DNA of 64,000 bases from an uncultured cyanobacterium (GTDB taxonomy: Bacteria > Cyanobacteriota > Cyanobacteriia > PCC-6307 > Cyanobiaceae): the NCBI GenBank assembly GCA_963765575.1, contig CAVXWZ010000001.1:192001-256000 (forward strand). The letters are read 5' to 3'. The notes beneath the pieces were generated by a model. The model was not told the DNA's origin. It ran no database searches and saw only the letters and a program-made list of their open reading frames with translations. The position numbers and the translations under genes are program-made. How positions within the stretch are numbered: the stretch's first letter is position 1; each line of letters opens with the position of its first letter. Positions 32,774 through 41,688 of the stretch are shown here, in pieces.

Positions 32774-33205
32774 TCAGATGTAGAACATCTGCAGCGGCTG
32801 GGCCCGGGCCTGGCGCTCCTCGAGCAGCTGCTTGAGGGTGGTGGCGCTCAGGAGCCTGGCGCGGGCCTGCTCCAGCTCGCACTCCAGGGTGGCGATAACG
32901 CTGAATTCCGGGGTGGAACGATCACCCTGACGCTGCCCATGTGCACTCCGCTGCAGGCAGGCGATCACCTCCGCCACGGTGATCTCGGCGGCGGGCCGGG
33001 CCAGCTGGTAGCCGCCGTGGGGGCCGCGGCTGCTGCGCAGCACCCCGGCCTTGCGCAGGCTGGTGAGCAGCTGCTCCAGGTAGCGGTCGGGGATGCCCTG
33101 GCGCCGGCAGATCTCGCCCACCTGGAGGGTGTGGCCCTGGGCCTGCACCGCGGCGAGCTCGATCAGGGCCACCAGGGCGTATTCGCTCTTGGCGCTGAAG
33201 GTCAT
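32774..33205 (-). CDS. Rrf2 family transcriptional regulator
   Basis: SAKSEYAL, YLEQLL, SSRGPHGGYQLAR; lacks the IscR three-Cys cluster motif. Confidence 0.9.
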   Translation of the reverse strand: MTFSAKSEYALVALIELAAVQAQGHTLQVGEICRRQGIPDRYLEQLLTSLRKAGVLRSSRGPHGGYQLARPAAEITVAEVIACLQRSAHGQRQGDRSTPEFSVIATLECELEQARARLLSATTLKQLLEERQARAQPLQMFYI

Positions 33206-33352
33206 GGGCCCGCCGCCGGCCATCGCCGTCCCATCTTCTCAGCTGAACCCCGGTGGGCGGGTCGGGATTTTCTGGCGGGCGGGCCAGCGGCCGCTGGCGG
33301 CGCACCCAGGGATCCATCCATGGGAGGGTGAGTCCAGAGATCGACTGACCCC

Positions 33353-33799
33353 GTGCGCGCCGCCCTGGTGATCCTGCTGGTGATGGTGGCGCTGACGCTC
33401 TGCCTCAATCCCCGGCAAGCGGATTTCGCCTGGTTCCTGCGCCTGCGTCGCCCCGGCTGGCTCAGCTTTGAACCAGTGATCCCCCTGATCTGGTTGCTGA
33501 TCTACGGCTGTTTCTTCGTGTCGGCTCTGCTGGTGTGGAGGGCGAGCGGCCGTTGGGACCTGATGGCGGGCTACCTGCTGCTGCTGGTGCTGGTGCAGAG
33601 CTACACCTGGGTGATCTGTCGCACGCGCCGGCTGCGCCCCGGCACCGTTGTGGGTTTCCTCGGCTGGGTGTGGGGCATCGCTCTCACGATCGTGGTGGCC
33701 CGCGTGAGCGAACCAGGCTGGTTGCTTCTGATTCCCTATCTCCTCTGGAGCCCGGTGGGTACCTTCGTGACCTGGCAGATGCAGCGCCTCAACCGCTGA
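33353..33799 (+). CDS. TspO/MBR family protein
   Basis: WFLRLRRPGW, LLIPYLLWSP, multiple TM. Confidence 0.85.
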   Translation: MRAALVILLVMVALTLCLNPRQADFAWFLRLRRPGWLSFEPVIPLIWLLIYGCFFVSALLVWRASGRWDLMAGYLLLLVLVQSYTWVICRTRRLRPGTVVGFLGWVWGIALTIVVARVSEPGWLLLIPYLLWSPVGTFVTWQMQRLNR

Positions 33800-33895
33800 G
33801 GCCGGGAGCGATCAGCGCCGTCACGCTTTCGCCAAGCTGGACGTGATCGCCAGGTCCGTTGATTGGCTATGATCCGCATGTTGATGAATTGAACC

Positions 33896-34264
33896 ATGCT
33901 GACTGGACAGGAACTTCTCGCCCGGGTCAAAGAGCTCGGCGACGCTTCGAAATCGGAGCTCGTGCGCGAATGCGGTTACGTGAGCACCAAGAAAGACGGC
34001 AGTGAGCGGCTCAACTTCACGGCCTTCTACGAAGCCCTGCTGGAAGCCAAGGGCGTCAGCCTTGGCGATGGTGGCGGGCAGGGGCGTGGCAAAGGTGGCC
34101 GCAAGCTGAGCTACGTCACCAAGGTGCAGTTCAACGGCAATCTGCTGGTGGGCAAGGCCTACACCGCCCAGCTCGGCCTGCAGCCCGGTGATGAATTCGA
34201 GATCAAGCTGGGTCGCAAACAGATCAAGCTGATCCCGATCGGCGGCACCGACGAGGAGGAGTGA
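33896..34264 (+). CDS. cyanobacterial AbrB-like regulator
   Basis: LTGQELL, CGYVS, FYEALLEAKG, NGNLLVGKAYT. Confidence 0.92.
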   Translation: MLTGQELLARVKELGDASKSELVRECGYVSTKKDGSERLNFTAFYEALLEAKGVSLGDGGGQGRGKGGRKLSYVTKVQFNGNLLVGKAYTAQLGLQPGDEFEIKLGRKQIKLIPIGGTDEEE

Positions 34265-34328
34265 TCCCCTGCATCCCGATCCCGATGAATGGGATGACCT
34301 GCCCGGGGATCGTGGGCTCTCCCTGCCC

Positions 34329-34454
34329 ATGCGCCTGTTGGCACTGTTGGGGGCGTTCGCTTTTGTGATGATCGGCCTCAGCAGTGTCGTGCCGCTGCTG
34401 AGGCCGCCGCCACCGCCACCGCTGCCGGGGCAGAACCGGGGCCCGATGGCCTGA
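34329..34454 (+). CDS. possible 41-aa single-TM microprotein
   Basis: MRLLALLGAFAFVMIGLSSVVPLLRPPPPPPLPGQNRGPMA; below ORF-track cutoff. Confidence 0.35.
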   Translation: MRLLALLGAFAFVMIGLSSVVPLLRPPPPPPLPGQNRGPMA

Positions 34455-34605
34455 GCTGGGGCGGCGCCCCTAGCCTGGGTGTGGCGCGCCGCGCTTCCCG
34501 AGATCCCCGCAACCGGTCAGACGCATCACCATCGGCATCCTTCTCAGCACTGTTTTCAACACCCGGCTCAATACCCTGCTGAGCTCCCTTGCGCCGCTGA
34601 TTTCG

Positions 34606-35430
34606 GTGCCGTCCCAGGTGTGTCCCTCGCTCACCTGCCCGGATCTTGAGCTGATCAGCCACGCCTGGGGCACACCGGCGCTGCTGCTCGACGCCCTGCT
34701 GGTGTTTGTGGTGATTCTGGCCCGGTATTTTCTGGCGGCTGGAGGATCCTGGTGGCTGCTGCGGCGCTGGAGCAGCAACGGCGCCCCAGCGCCATCCCCA
34801 CGCCAACGTCAGCGCTATGGCGAGGGGATCCGCCACGACATCCGGCTGTCGGTGTTGTCCGCCGCCGTGTTCGCGCTGTGTGCGGGCGCCGTGCTGGGGT
34901 TGCAGGCCCATGGCCTCACCCGTCTGTACGCCAGGCCTGATGCCTACGGCTGGTGGTTCATCGTGGTGAGCTATCTGGCGGTGCTGGTGCTGCAGGACAC
35001 CGTGTTCTATGCCACCCATCGCCTCTTTCACCATCCAGCGCTCTACCGCTGGTGCCACCACGGCCATCACCGCTCAGTCCATCCCACCCCCTGGACCTCC
35101 TTCGCCTTCGATCCCCCCGAGGCCCTGGTGCAGGCCCTGTTCCTGGTGCTGGTGGTGGTGCTGCTGCCGCTGCACCTGATCACCCTGCTGGCGGTGTTGA
35201 GCACCATGACGGTGTGGGCGATCGTGAACCATGTGGACCTCGACGATCTGCCGCGCCGCTTCCCCCACCATCTCTTTGGTCGCTGGCTGATTGGCCCGGC
35301 CCACCACAACCTGCACCACCAGCACCCGGACCGGCATTTCGGCCTCTACTTCACCTTCTGGGACTGGTGCTGCGGCACCGAGGATCCCGACTACGCCAGC
35401 GGTCTGCGGCGCGAGTCGACCGCTACTTGA
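34606..35430 (+). CDS. sterol desaturase / fatty acid hydroxylase family protein
   Basis: HRLFH, HHGHH, HHNLHH His boxes; start uncertain. Confidence 0.88.
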   Translation: MPSQVCPSLTCPDLELISHAWGTPALLLDALLVFVVILARYFLAAGGSWWLLRRWSSNGAPAPSPRQRQRYGEGIRHDIRLSVLSAAVFALCAGAVLGLQAHGLTRLYARPDAYGWWFIVVSYLAVLVLQDTVFYATHRLFHHPALYRWCHHGHHRSVHPTPWTSFAFDPPEALVQALFLVLVVVLLPLHLITLLAVLSTMTVWAIVNHVDLDDLPRRFPHHLFGRWLIGPAHHNLHHQHPDRHFGLYFTFWDWCCGTEDPDYASGLRRESTAT

Positions 35431-36109
35431 GCAGCTCCGGAAAGCTGGAGCGGAACTGCTGCAGCTTGGGCAGATCGTGGATCACCACATAGGGATGGCG
35501 CGGATTGCGGCGCACGAAATCCTGGTGGTAGGGCTCGGCGGGGAAAAAGCTGTCGCTGGCTTCGATCGTGGTGACGATCGGCTGCGCAAAGCTGCCGCTG
35601 GCCCCGAGCTGTTCGATGTAGGCGCGGGCCAGCTGCTGCAGCTGCGGGTCGGCGGTGAAGATCGCCGAGCGGTACTGCTCGCCCACGTCGGGGCCCTGGC
35701 GGTTGAGCTGGGTGGGGTCGTGGGCCACGGCAAAGAACACCTTCAGCAATTCCCCGTAGCTCACCTCAGCGGGGTCGTAGGTGATGCGGATGCCCTCGGC
35801 ATGGCCGCTGCGGCCCGTGCTCACCTGGGTGTAGTTGGCCGTCTCCCGGCTGCCGCCCGCGTAGCCCGTCTGCACCCGGCTGACGCCGCGAATCTCCTCG
35901 AAGATCGCCTCCAGCCCCCAGAAGCAGCCGCCGGCCAGCAGGGCGGTGCGCTCGGCGCCGGGCTGGCGGCCGGGATCGAGGGCCGGGTCGGGGAGCTCCG
36001 CGGCCCGGGCTGAGGCCCCGGGCGGGGGCAGCGGGTTGTGGCGCAGCACCGGCAGGGCCAGCAGTCCGGCCGCGGCGGCCAGCAGCGGAAGCAGCAGCTT
36101 GGGGCGCAT
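35423..36109 (-). CDS. msrA: peptide-methionine (S)-S-oxide reductase with signal peptide
   Basis: GGCFWG, GHAE, HDPT, QYRS, AEPYHQ. Confidence 0.93.
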   Translation of the reverse strand: MRPKLLLPLLAAAAGLLALPVLRHNPLPPPGASARAAELPDPALDPGRQPGAERTALLAGGCFWGLEAIFEEIRGVSRVQTGYAGGSRETANYTQVSTGRSGHAEGIRITYDPAEVSYGELLKVFFAVAHDPTQLNRQGPDVGEQYRSAIFTADPQLQQLARAYIEQLGASGSFAQPIVTTIEASDSFFPAEPYHQDFVRRNPRHPYVVIHDLPKLQQFRSSFPELLK

Positions 36110-36172
36110 GGTGAGGGGGCGCGTCTGCCTGTTCTACCGGCGGGCTGGCCGGATGGATGGCCGGGGTGGGGA

Positions 36173-37858
36173 TCAGGCCGCCGGCGCCACCCGCTCCAGG
36201 GCCTCCAGCCTGGAGCCCACCACCTCCACGGCCGGGTGGGCATCGAGCCCGAGGCGGTGCAGGCGGGCGACCTGGAGGGGATCGCGGGCGGCGATCCACA
36301 CCCGCCGCTGCTGGCGAGCGGCGTCCTGGCAGATCGCCTCGATCGCCAGTGAGGCGGTGACGCCCAGATGGGTGACGTTGGCGAAATCCAGAATCAAGGT
36401 GCCGTAGGCGCTGCTGCCGGTGAGCAGCTGGGTGAGGTAGCGGCTGGAGCCGAAACTCAGCGGTCCGGCGAAGGACAGCAGCAGCACGTCCTGGCCACCC
36501 CGATCCAGCAGCTCCTGCTCCAGGGGGCTGAGCTCGCCTGTGGGTGCGGCGCCGCCGCGCAGCTGGCGGCTGGTGCGGGCCAGGGCCTCGGCCTGGCCCT
36601 GGATGGTGAGCACATTGGCCACGAACACGCCGATCACCACGGCGGTGACCAGATCCCAGAACACCGTGAGCAGCAGCACCAGCCACATCAGGCCGGCGGT
36701 GCGCCAGGAGAGCAGCGGAGCCCGGGCGATGAAGGCCCAGTCGATGATCTCGATGCCCACGTGCAGCAGGATCCCGGCCAGCACCGCCAGCGGAATCGGG
36801 CTGGCCAGCCCGCCGGCTCCGAGGGTGAGCAGCAGCAGCACCAGGCTGTGGATCATCCCCGAGAGCGGCGTGCGGCCACCGGCCTGCACGTTGGTGACGG
36901 TGCGCATCGTGGCGCCGGCGCCCGGCAGGCCCCCCAGCAGGGCGGTGGCCATGTTGCCGATGCCCTGGCCGATCAGTTCCCGGTCGGACCTGTGCTGGGT
37001 GCGGGTGATGTTGTCGGCCACCAGGGAGGTGAGCAGGGAGTCGATCGAACCCAGCACCCCGAGGGTGAAGGCGTAGCCGCCGAGCAGGCGCAGGTCGTTG
37101 AAGGCCAGCTGGGGCCAGCGCAGGCTGGGCAGGCCCTGGGGGATGGCGCCGAGCCGGGGCAGGGCGGCGGCGGGCAGCAGCAGGCTGAGCAGGGTGAGCG
37201 CCAGCAGGGCCACCAGTGGGGCCGGCAGCAGGGTGCTCCAGCGGCGCGGGTAGAGGCGCACCAGGGCGAAGCTGGCGGCACCGAAGGCCAGGGCCCAGGC
37301 GCTCATCTGCCCCAGCGCCCCGGGCAGCGCCAGCAGGATCTGGGGCACCGAGCCCCGCAGGCTCAGACCCAGCAGGGCCGGCACCTGCAGCACCACGATG
37401 ATCGTGCCGATGCCGGACATGAAGCCGGAGATCACCGAGTAGGGCATCAGGGTGATGTATTGCCCCAGGCGCAGCACCCCGAACAGCACCTGCAAGCCGC
37501 CGGCCAGCAGGGCCACGGTGAAGGCCATCGCCAGCCCCGCCTCGGCGCCGTAGCGGGCGCCCAGCAGGGTGATGATGCCGGCCATGATCACGGTCATGGG
37601 CCCGGTGGGACCGGACACCTGGGCCGGCGTGCCACCCAGCGGTGCGGCGATCAGTCCGAGCACGATCGCGCCCCACAGGCCGGCGATGGCCCCGGCGCCG
37701 GAGGCCACACCGAAGGCCAGGGCCAGGGGCAGCGCCACCACGGCGGTGGTGACCCCGCCGCTGAGGTCGCCGCGCCAGTGCTCCAGCAGGGTTCGCCGCC
37801 AGGTGCGGCTGGTTTTCAGGCTGCGCGCCTGGGGCGGCTCACGGAAAGGGGAACGCAT
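36173..37858 (-). CDS. SulP/BicA family anion transporter with STAS domain
   Basis: GDLSGG, ALPLALAFG, SGPTGPM, DSLLTSLVAD, GATMRT. Confidence 0.92.
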   Translation of the reverse strand: MRSPFREPPQARSLKTSRTWRRTLLEHWRGDLSGGVTTAVVALPLALAFGVASGAGAIAGLWGAIVLGLIAAPLGGTPAQVSGPTGPMTVIMAGIITLLGARYGAEAGLAMAFTVALLAGGLQVLFGVLRLGQYITLMPYSVISGFMSGIGTIIVVLQVPALLGLSLRGSVPQILLALPGALGQMSAWALAFGAASFALVRLYPRRWSTLLPAPLVALLALTLLSLLLPAAALPRLGAIPQGLPSLRWPQLAFNDLRLLGGYAFTLGVLGSIDSLLTSLVADNITRTQHRSDRELIGQGIGNMATALLGGLPGAGATMRTVTNVQAGGRTPLSGMIHSLVLLLLTLGAGGLASPIPLAVLAGILLHVGIEIIDWAFIARAPLLSWRTAGLMWLVLLLTVFWDLVTAVVIGVFVANVLTIQGQAEALARTSRQLRGGAAPTGELSPLEQELLDRGGQDVLLLSFAGPLSFGSSRYLTQLLTGSSAYGTLILDFANVTHLGVTASLAIEAICQDAARQQRRVWIAARDPLQVARLHRLGLDAHPAVEVVGSRLEALERVAPAA

Positions 37859-37920
37859 GCCGCGGGCACGACCTCAGGACGCCCACCATCGATAGGTGCG
37901 CGGGGCGCCGCTGCCAACCA

Positions 37921-38562
37921 ATGACGAACCGCGCCAGCGGCGCCAAGCCGCAGCCCCGGGGCGCCAGGGTGGGAGGCAGAGCCTTATCCCCCTCCAGAAC
38001 CGTGGCCGCCGTCGTCCCCGCCACCGCCGTCGAGGTGCTGCACTTCTGGTTTGCGCAGACCACCCCCCAGCAGTGGTTCGTGAAGGATCGGGCCTTCGAT
38101 GCCTTGGTGCGCGACCAGTTCATCGCCCTCACCCGCCAGGCCCTGGCCAGCGATCTGGGCGCCTGGGGCGCTACGGCGGCCGACGGCCTGGCGCTGGTGC
38201 TGGTGCTGGATCAGTTCCCCCGCCAGATCTGGCGCGACACGGCGATGGCCTTCGCCGGCGATGGCCAGGCCCTGGCCTTGAGCCAGGCGGCGCTGGAGCA
38301 GGGCTGGGTGGACAGCGAACCGCAGCAGGCGCGGCGGCAGTTTTGGTTGATGCCGCTGATGCACAGCGAGGATCTGGCCGTGCAGGAGGCGGCGATACCG
38401 CTGTTTGAGCGCTTCTGCGATCCCCGCAGCGCCGACTTCGCCCGCCGCCACCGGGATGTGATCGCCCGCTTCGGGCGCTTCCCCCACCGCAACGCCGTGC
38501 TGGGGCGGGTGTCGGGCGCCGAGGAACTGGCCTTCCTGCAGACCCCCAGCTCGCGTTTCTGA
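37921..38562 (+). CDS. DUF924 family protein
   Basis: VLHFWF, LDQFPR, MPLMHSE, RFGRFPHRN; true start may be GTG 38002. Confidence 0.9.
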   Translation: MTNRASGAKPQPRGARVGGRALSPSRTVAAVVPATAVEVLHFWFAQTTPQQWFVKDRAFDALVRDQFIALTRQALASDLGAWGATAADGLALVLVLDQFPRQIWRDTAMAFAGDGQALALSQAALEQGWVDSEPQQARRQFWLMPLMHSEDLAVQEAAIPLFERFCDPRSADFARRHRDVIARFGRFPHRNAVLGRVSGAEELAFLQTPSSRF

Positions 38563-38639
38563 GCCCAGGGGCTCCGCAGCCAGCAGCCAGCAGCCTGTTG
38601 CCCGGTCCTGGTGATCAGGACGCACGGGCGTCTGCGCGG

Positions 38640-39068
38640 TCAGGAACTGACGGTTCGCCCCGCCAGCCAGCGGCGCGTGAGGCTGAAGCTGGCTGACATC
38701 AGCACCAGGCCAAGGAGCAGGGTGCTGAGCAGCACACCGAGACTTTGGGCGCGATGTCCCTGCTGCAGGGTCATGGTGAGCTGCAGCATCCAGGAGGAGA
38801 AGGTGGTGAGCGAGCCGCAGAAGCCGATGCCGGCCCACAGGAAGACCCGCTGATGCCGGGGCGGAAGTGCCAGCACCAGGCCCATCAGCAGGCAGCCGAG
38901 CATGTTGGCGGCGAAATCCCCCTCGATCACGCCGCGCAGGCCACCGCTGAGCCGCTCGCCCAGCAGCTCGCAACCCCAGCGGGTCAGGGCCCCCGGGATG
39001 GCTCCGAGGGCCACCAGGGTGAGATCGCGCACCTCCCGGCGCAGCAGGCCAAGGGATGGAGCGGTCAT
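38640..39068 (-). CDS. crcB: fluoride channel Fluc/CrcB
   Basis: GAIPGALTR, ANMLGC, GFCGSLTTFSSW. Confidence 0.88.
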   Translation of the reverse strand: MTAPSLGLLRREVRDLTLVALGAIPGALTRWGCELLGERLSGGLRGVIEGDFAANMLGCLLMGLVLALPPRHQRVFLWAGIGFCGSLTTFSSWMLQLTMTLQQGHRAQSLGVLLSTLLLGLVLMSASFSLTRRWLAGRTVSS

Positions 39069-39454
39069 GGGGCCGCGCCCAGCCAGAGGCCCGCCGCCAC
39101 TGCCAGCAGCCCGAACAGGACCGAGCCTCCGGCGAGCAGGCCGGCCTGCCACCAGTTCTTCTGCAGGAGCACGACGCGCCACTCGCCGATGAAGCTGGAG
39201 AGGGTGCTGAAGCTGCCAAGAAAGCCCGTTCCCAGCAGCAGCAGCAACCTCCTGGACGCCTCGCCGCAGCTCTGCTCCAGGGCCACGATCAGCCCCAGCG
39301 CGAAACAGGCGATCACGTTGATGCCGAACGTGCCCCAGTGTTTGCGGGGGAGCATGGGCTGGAGATGGTCCACCACCCGGAAGCGCAACCAGGCGGCGGG
39401 CACGGCGCCGATGGCGATCAGCAGCGCGTCTGCAGAGGGTGCCAATGTCGCCAA
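39065..39454 (-). CDS. crcB: fluoride channel Fluc/CrcB (second paralog)
   Basis: GTFGINVIAC, GFLGSFSTLSSF; start uncertain (TTG 39454 or 39508). Confidence 0.85.
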   Translation of the reverse strand: MATLAPSADALLIAIGAVPAAWLRFRVVDHLQPMLPRKHWGTFGINVIACFALGLIVALEQSCGEASRRLLLLLGTGFLGSFSTLSSFIGEWRVVLLQKNWWQAGLLAGGSVLFGLLAVAAGLWLGAAP

Positions 39455-39567
39455 CCCTGATCGCCTGCTCTGCCCACCCAGTGTGCTGAGCTTCGGTGGC
39501 AACGCCAACCGATTGGCGCGGCCACGCTGCTGCAGCCAGGCGCGCCTGGGCAGCCCCAGAGCCCGAC

Positions 39568-40443
39568 CTAGAGCCGGCTCAACGCCGCATCCAGGCCCTC
39601 AGTGACAGCCGCCAGAAAGGGCAGATCGAGCGTGTCGATGGTGTCGCTCATCAGGTGGTAATTGGGATTGCGCATGAAGGAGGTGTCGGTGACCATCACG
39701 GCGTCGTAACCGGCATCCCAGAAGGGGCTGTGATCGGAGAGGCGTACATCGGGGATGGCGCGGCCGCCATCGGGCACCGGCAGCACCTTGGTCTTGACGT
39801 GCTGTCCCATGGGCCTGGCCAGCTGGGGCAGGGTGAGGGCGGCAGCGGCGTTGCCCACCACGGCGATGAAGTCGCCGACATCGCCATAGATCCGGCGCAA
39901 GGCCGGCAGCGGATAGTCCTGGGTGGGGCTGGTGTAACCGAGCATCTCCAGACTCACCATCAGCCGCAGCTGCAGGCCGGCCTGCCGGAGTTCCCGGGCC
40001 AGGGCCTTGCTGCCGAGCATGCCCCACTCCTCCTGATCGAAGGCCACCAGCCACACGGGCCGCCGCGGTGGTGACTGCCGCCAGCGGCTGGCCAGCTCCA
40101 GCAGGGCGGCGACACCGGTGGCGTTGTCGTCGGCGCCGATCGAGTGCAGGGGGCCGTCGTAGTGGGCGCCGATGAGCAGCGGCTCGAGCTCGGGGTGCTG
40201 GCCGGGGAGCTTGAGGACCAGGTTGGTGCCGGCCTCGAGGCCTTCCTGGAAGGGGTGCTCCTCCACCTCCCCCACGGCTTCGAGCTGATCATGGATGAAG
40301 GCGCGCACACTCATCAGACCCAGCCGGTCCCACTGGGCGTGGCGGGGCCGGGCGAGTTGCTCGAGGTGGCTGAGCAGGCGCTGCTGAAGGGTTTGGATCA
40401 AACGGGTGGTTGGGGTGAGTGTGTGGTGCTGAGGGGCCGCCAT
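39568..40443 (-). CDS. M28 family peptidase
   Basis: GAHYD, GADDNATG, FDQEE, SDH, NPNYH. Confidence 0.9.
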   Translation of the reverse strand: MAAPQHHTLTPTTRLIQTLQQRLLSHLEQLARPRHAQWDRLGLMSVRAFIHDQLEAVGEVEEHPFQEGLEAGTNLVLKLPGQHPELEPLLIGAHYDGPLHSIGADDNATGVAALLELASRWRQSPPRRPVWLVAFDQEEWGMLGSKALARELRQAGLQLRLMVSLEMLGYTSPTQDYPLPALRRIYGDVGDFIAVVGNAAAALTLPQLARPMGQHVKTKVLPVPDGGRAIPDVRLSDHSPFWDAGYDAVMVTDTSFMRNPNYHLMSDTIDTLDLPFLAAVTEGLDAALSRL

Positions 40444-40582
40444 GGCCTGGCCATCGCCCCAGGTCGGGGCGCTGCCTCGTGTGGGCGAGCGTTGTGGCGG
40501 CTCGGAGCGCTCCTGCCCCCTTACAAGGTGAGCCAGGAACCAGGCGCTCCGAACGGCACCCGTGCCTGCCGCGACTGAGTGC

Positions 40583-40894
40583 TCAGCCCGCGCCAGCCGC
40601 CATGAACCGCACCGGCCCGGGGTAGGTCGCCAGCTGGGCCACCGCCAGGGCATGGCGGGCCTCGATCGGTAACTCCGCCCATCCCTCATCCAGCAGGGCC
40701 CGGCGCAGCACGGCGGGCTGCAGAGTGAAGTCAGGCCGCCCCAGGGCTTGCTTGATCACCAGCTCCCACAGGCTGGCGACGCTGAACACCGGGGTATTGA
40801 GCGGGTCTTCCAGCATCGGCGCCAGACCGGCGGGCAGCCGCTGGGGTGATCCCATCGCCCACACCAGCAGGTGTGTGTCCAGCAGCAGATGCAT
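40583..40894 (-). pseudogene. vapC: PIN/VapC toxin with internal deletion
   Basis: LLLDTH, SVASLWE; HRDPFDR segment absent, AVAQL runs straight into ATYPGPV. Confidence 0.8.
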
Positions 40895-40902
40895 GGCGCT
40901 GC

Positions 40903-41162
40903 TCAGTGGTGGTGCCGGGAACCTTCGAACAGATCCGCGATCTCGCCGGCGGCCATCCGATCGAAGTCGTCGGGCACCTGGCACTGGCCCTGCAGCAGGC
41001 CCAGGCGTCGTCGCGGCGCCGGTGCGGAGCTGGGGTCATCCAGGGCGGTGACGCGCACCATCGGCCGGCCGGCCTTGCAGATCACGAACCCCTCCCCCCC
41101 GCCGCCTCTTCCACCAGGCGGGAGAGGTGCGTCTTGGCTTCGTGCATGTTCACCTGACGCAT
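40903..41162 (-). CDS. Phd/YefM antitoxin, one G missing in a G7 run
   Basis: MRQVNMHEAKTHLSRLVEEA / FVICKAGRPMVRV...PDDFD; frameshift at 41094-41100. Confidence 0.85.
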
Positions 41163-41191
41163 GGCCGGCAGCCCAGGATGGCCTCGCTCAG

Positions 41192-41205
41192 CTTAGTCGA
41201 CCAAG
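41192..41205. promoter_or_regulatory. putative TA operator overlapping a -10-like TAAGCT
   Basis: Imperfect palindrome CTTAGTCGACCAAG 30 bp upstream of the antitoxin ATG. Confidence 0.5.
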
Positions 41206-41416
41206 TCTTGGCCTCCGCAAGGCGTTGTGCCTGGCCGTGCCTCAGGCCGGGGAGGGTGCAGGCGTCCGGGAGCGCCTTCGATCGCAGCGATCCCAGGCTC
41301 GGCGTCGAGCACTCCGAGATCTCCCGCTGTCCCCTACCGCTGCAGCCGGGGAGCAGCTGCCATGTCGATCAACGACCAAGGGAGAATTCAGCCGGGCCTC
41401 CTGGAGGACATGCGCA

Positions 41417-41596
41417 TCAGCCCCCAAGCTTGCGATCCAGCAACTGCGTGATCACGTAGACACCGATAAACATCGGCAGGTAGGCAATCCACATGTTGGG
41501 AAGGTTCAGCTCTGAATTGTTGATCAGAACCAGCCCGCCGTAGCTGATGACCCCATAGATCAAGGCTCTGCGCAACGGTCCGGCAATCTTCTTCAC
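41417..41596 (-). CDS. 59-aa two-TM small membrane protein
   Basis: MKKIAGPLRRALIYGVISYGGLVLINNSELNLPNMWIAYLPMFIGVYVITQLLDRKLGG; GTG start; below ORF-track cutoff. Confidence 0.75.
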   Translation of the reverse strand: MKKIAGPLRRALIYGVISYGGLVLINNSELNLPNMWIAYLPMFIGVYVITQLLDRKLGG

Positions 41597-41688
41597 GGGA
41601 AATTCACCACTGGCGTCACTTCATCCTATCGGCGGTAGAACGATGAAGCCCCGGACAACTCTTCCTGGGCGCCCGGTCGGGGCCGAAC

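Noticed and set aside
39455..39567. Fluoride riboswitch upstream of the crcB pair
   Set aside because: No GGCGATGG...TGA-type consensus visible; an Rfam covariance search would be needed to exclude it fully
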